Origin: Squalus acanthias
Taxonomy: Eukaryota
Assembly (NCBI GenBank): GCA_030390025.1
Contig: CM059430.1
Span: 12,524,001-12,588,000, forward strand
Length of the DNA stretch: 64,000 nt
Direction of reading: 5' to 3'
How positions within the stretch are numbered: the first letter of the stretch is position 1; every line of letters begins with the position of its first letter. The translations under genes were made by a program, and so were the position numbers. This document shows positions 62,776 through 64,000 of this stretch, one piece after another. Below the pieces are notes generated by a model. The model saw only the letters and a program-made list of their open reading frames with translations. It did not search any database and had not been told where the DNA came from.

Positions 62776-63503
62776 TTCTGCTGCTGCTACTGAAGTTATG
62801 ACAGAAGGTCTAGACTTGAGACATCTTTAGTCTATCAGGGGCTGACTGACTTGCTGTGCGCGCTTAGCATTTTCTGCTTTTATTTCACATTTCCAGACTT
62901 TGCAGCGATCCCTGACCAGCACTCTCCTCTCCCAGGACGGTGGTGAGTTTGTACCTCGGGCAGACTCTCCATGCTGGCCGCAGGGTGTGGTGGCAGTACC
63001 TCTCCCGAGGGAGCTGTATTGTGTCATGCCAACAGAGCCACATTTCTTGTTGCCTCACCATCCTGTACCGATGGCTGCACTGCACGGGACAGACCCCCAG
63101 AAACATCTGATTTGCTTCAAAAGGACCCACTCCGCCAGAGACCTATTGTTTTTTTCGCCTGCGGCTGTGCCTGCGTTTGCTGATAGCTCCCGAATCCAGA
63201 TCTTGGGGTCTGCTCCACTGGGTCAAAAAAGTGCACGTGCCGAAACAACTAGTAACGGCAAGGAGCGGGACCCTGGTCATTGTCATCGAAATTTGTTTTA
63301 ATCGGCAACCGAATGTCTTTGGGGGGCTGAGCCGATATCCGAGGTTAGAATCAGCTATCAGTTCAGAGATCTGAAAATTTGACGGTGTTGGTGAGGTTTT
63401 TGCAATAACTAAGCTCAGGGGTGACAATCTGTCCAGCCCATCAGGTGCCCACGCCCTACTCAAACCACACTACCGGAGGTTAGCTGCACGCTTGCTGCTA
63501 GAG

Positions 63504-64000
63504 TGTGAAGGACTGCACAGATACCCAGTCACTACACTGTGAAGAACTGCAGGTATATCCAGTCACTACACTGTGAAGAACTGCAGGTATATCCAGTCAC
63601 TACACTGTGAAGGATTGCACAGATACCCAGTCACTACACTGTGAAGGACTGCAGGTATACCCAGTCACTACACTGTGAAGGACTGCAGGTATACCCAGTC
63701 ACTACACTGTGAAGGACTGCAGGTATACCCAGTCACTACACTGTGAAGAACTGCAGGTATATCCAGTCACTACACTGTGAAGGATTGCACAGATACCCAG
63801 TCACTACACTGTGAAGAACTGCAGGTATACCCAGTCACTACACTGTGAAGGATTGCACAGATACCCAGTCACTACACTGTGAAGGACTGCAGGTATACCC
63901 AGTCACTACACTGTGAAGGACTGCAGGTATACCCAGTCACTACACTGTGAAGGATTGCACAGATATCCAGTCACTACACTGTGAAGGACTGCAGGTATAC
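63504..64000. repeat. 34-bp minisatellite, at least 14.5 copies, running off the window
   Basis: Unit CCAGTCACTACACTGTGAAGGACTGCAGGTATAC, with three recurring variants. Confidence 0.97.

Noticed and set aside
63504-64000. CRISPR-like periodicity, and the RSS heptamer CACAGTG in every unit
   Set aside because: Units are contiguous with no unique spacers, the DNA is eukaryotic, and no ACAAAAACC nonamer lies at 12 or 23 bp.

Overview
Vertebrate, almost certainly cartilaginous-fish (shark-like), genomic DNA that is nearly all non-coding. The one host coding segment I can support is a 37-nt minus-strand first coding exon (43434-43470, MFGLKPPLYYLP+G|GTAAG). It matches, from memory, the alternative N-terminus of vertebrate GSE1 and sits in a GA/CA-rich promoter-like region at about 43.5-45 kb. 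If that call is right, 1-43433 is intron. The rest is unique enhancer-like DNA interleaved with a dense, partly nested repeat layer: Deu-domain tRNA-SINEs, CR1 and L2 LINE fragments, a second CR1-group LINE with its partner SINE, hAT and Tc1/mariner-like MITEs, Penelope-like fragments and four tandem repeats. The most interesting signals are three. First, a TSD-flanked 228-bp element made of a 93-bp-arm hairpin with a minimal hammerhead-ribozyme motif on each strand. Second, a dispersed hammerhead family whose copies show stem covariation. Third, an in-frame uORF stack overlapping an alternative splice donor just upstream of the GSE1 start codon. Family names come from recalled consensus features, not database searches, and repeat edges without TSDs are approximate (about +/-20 bp).
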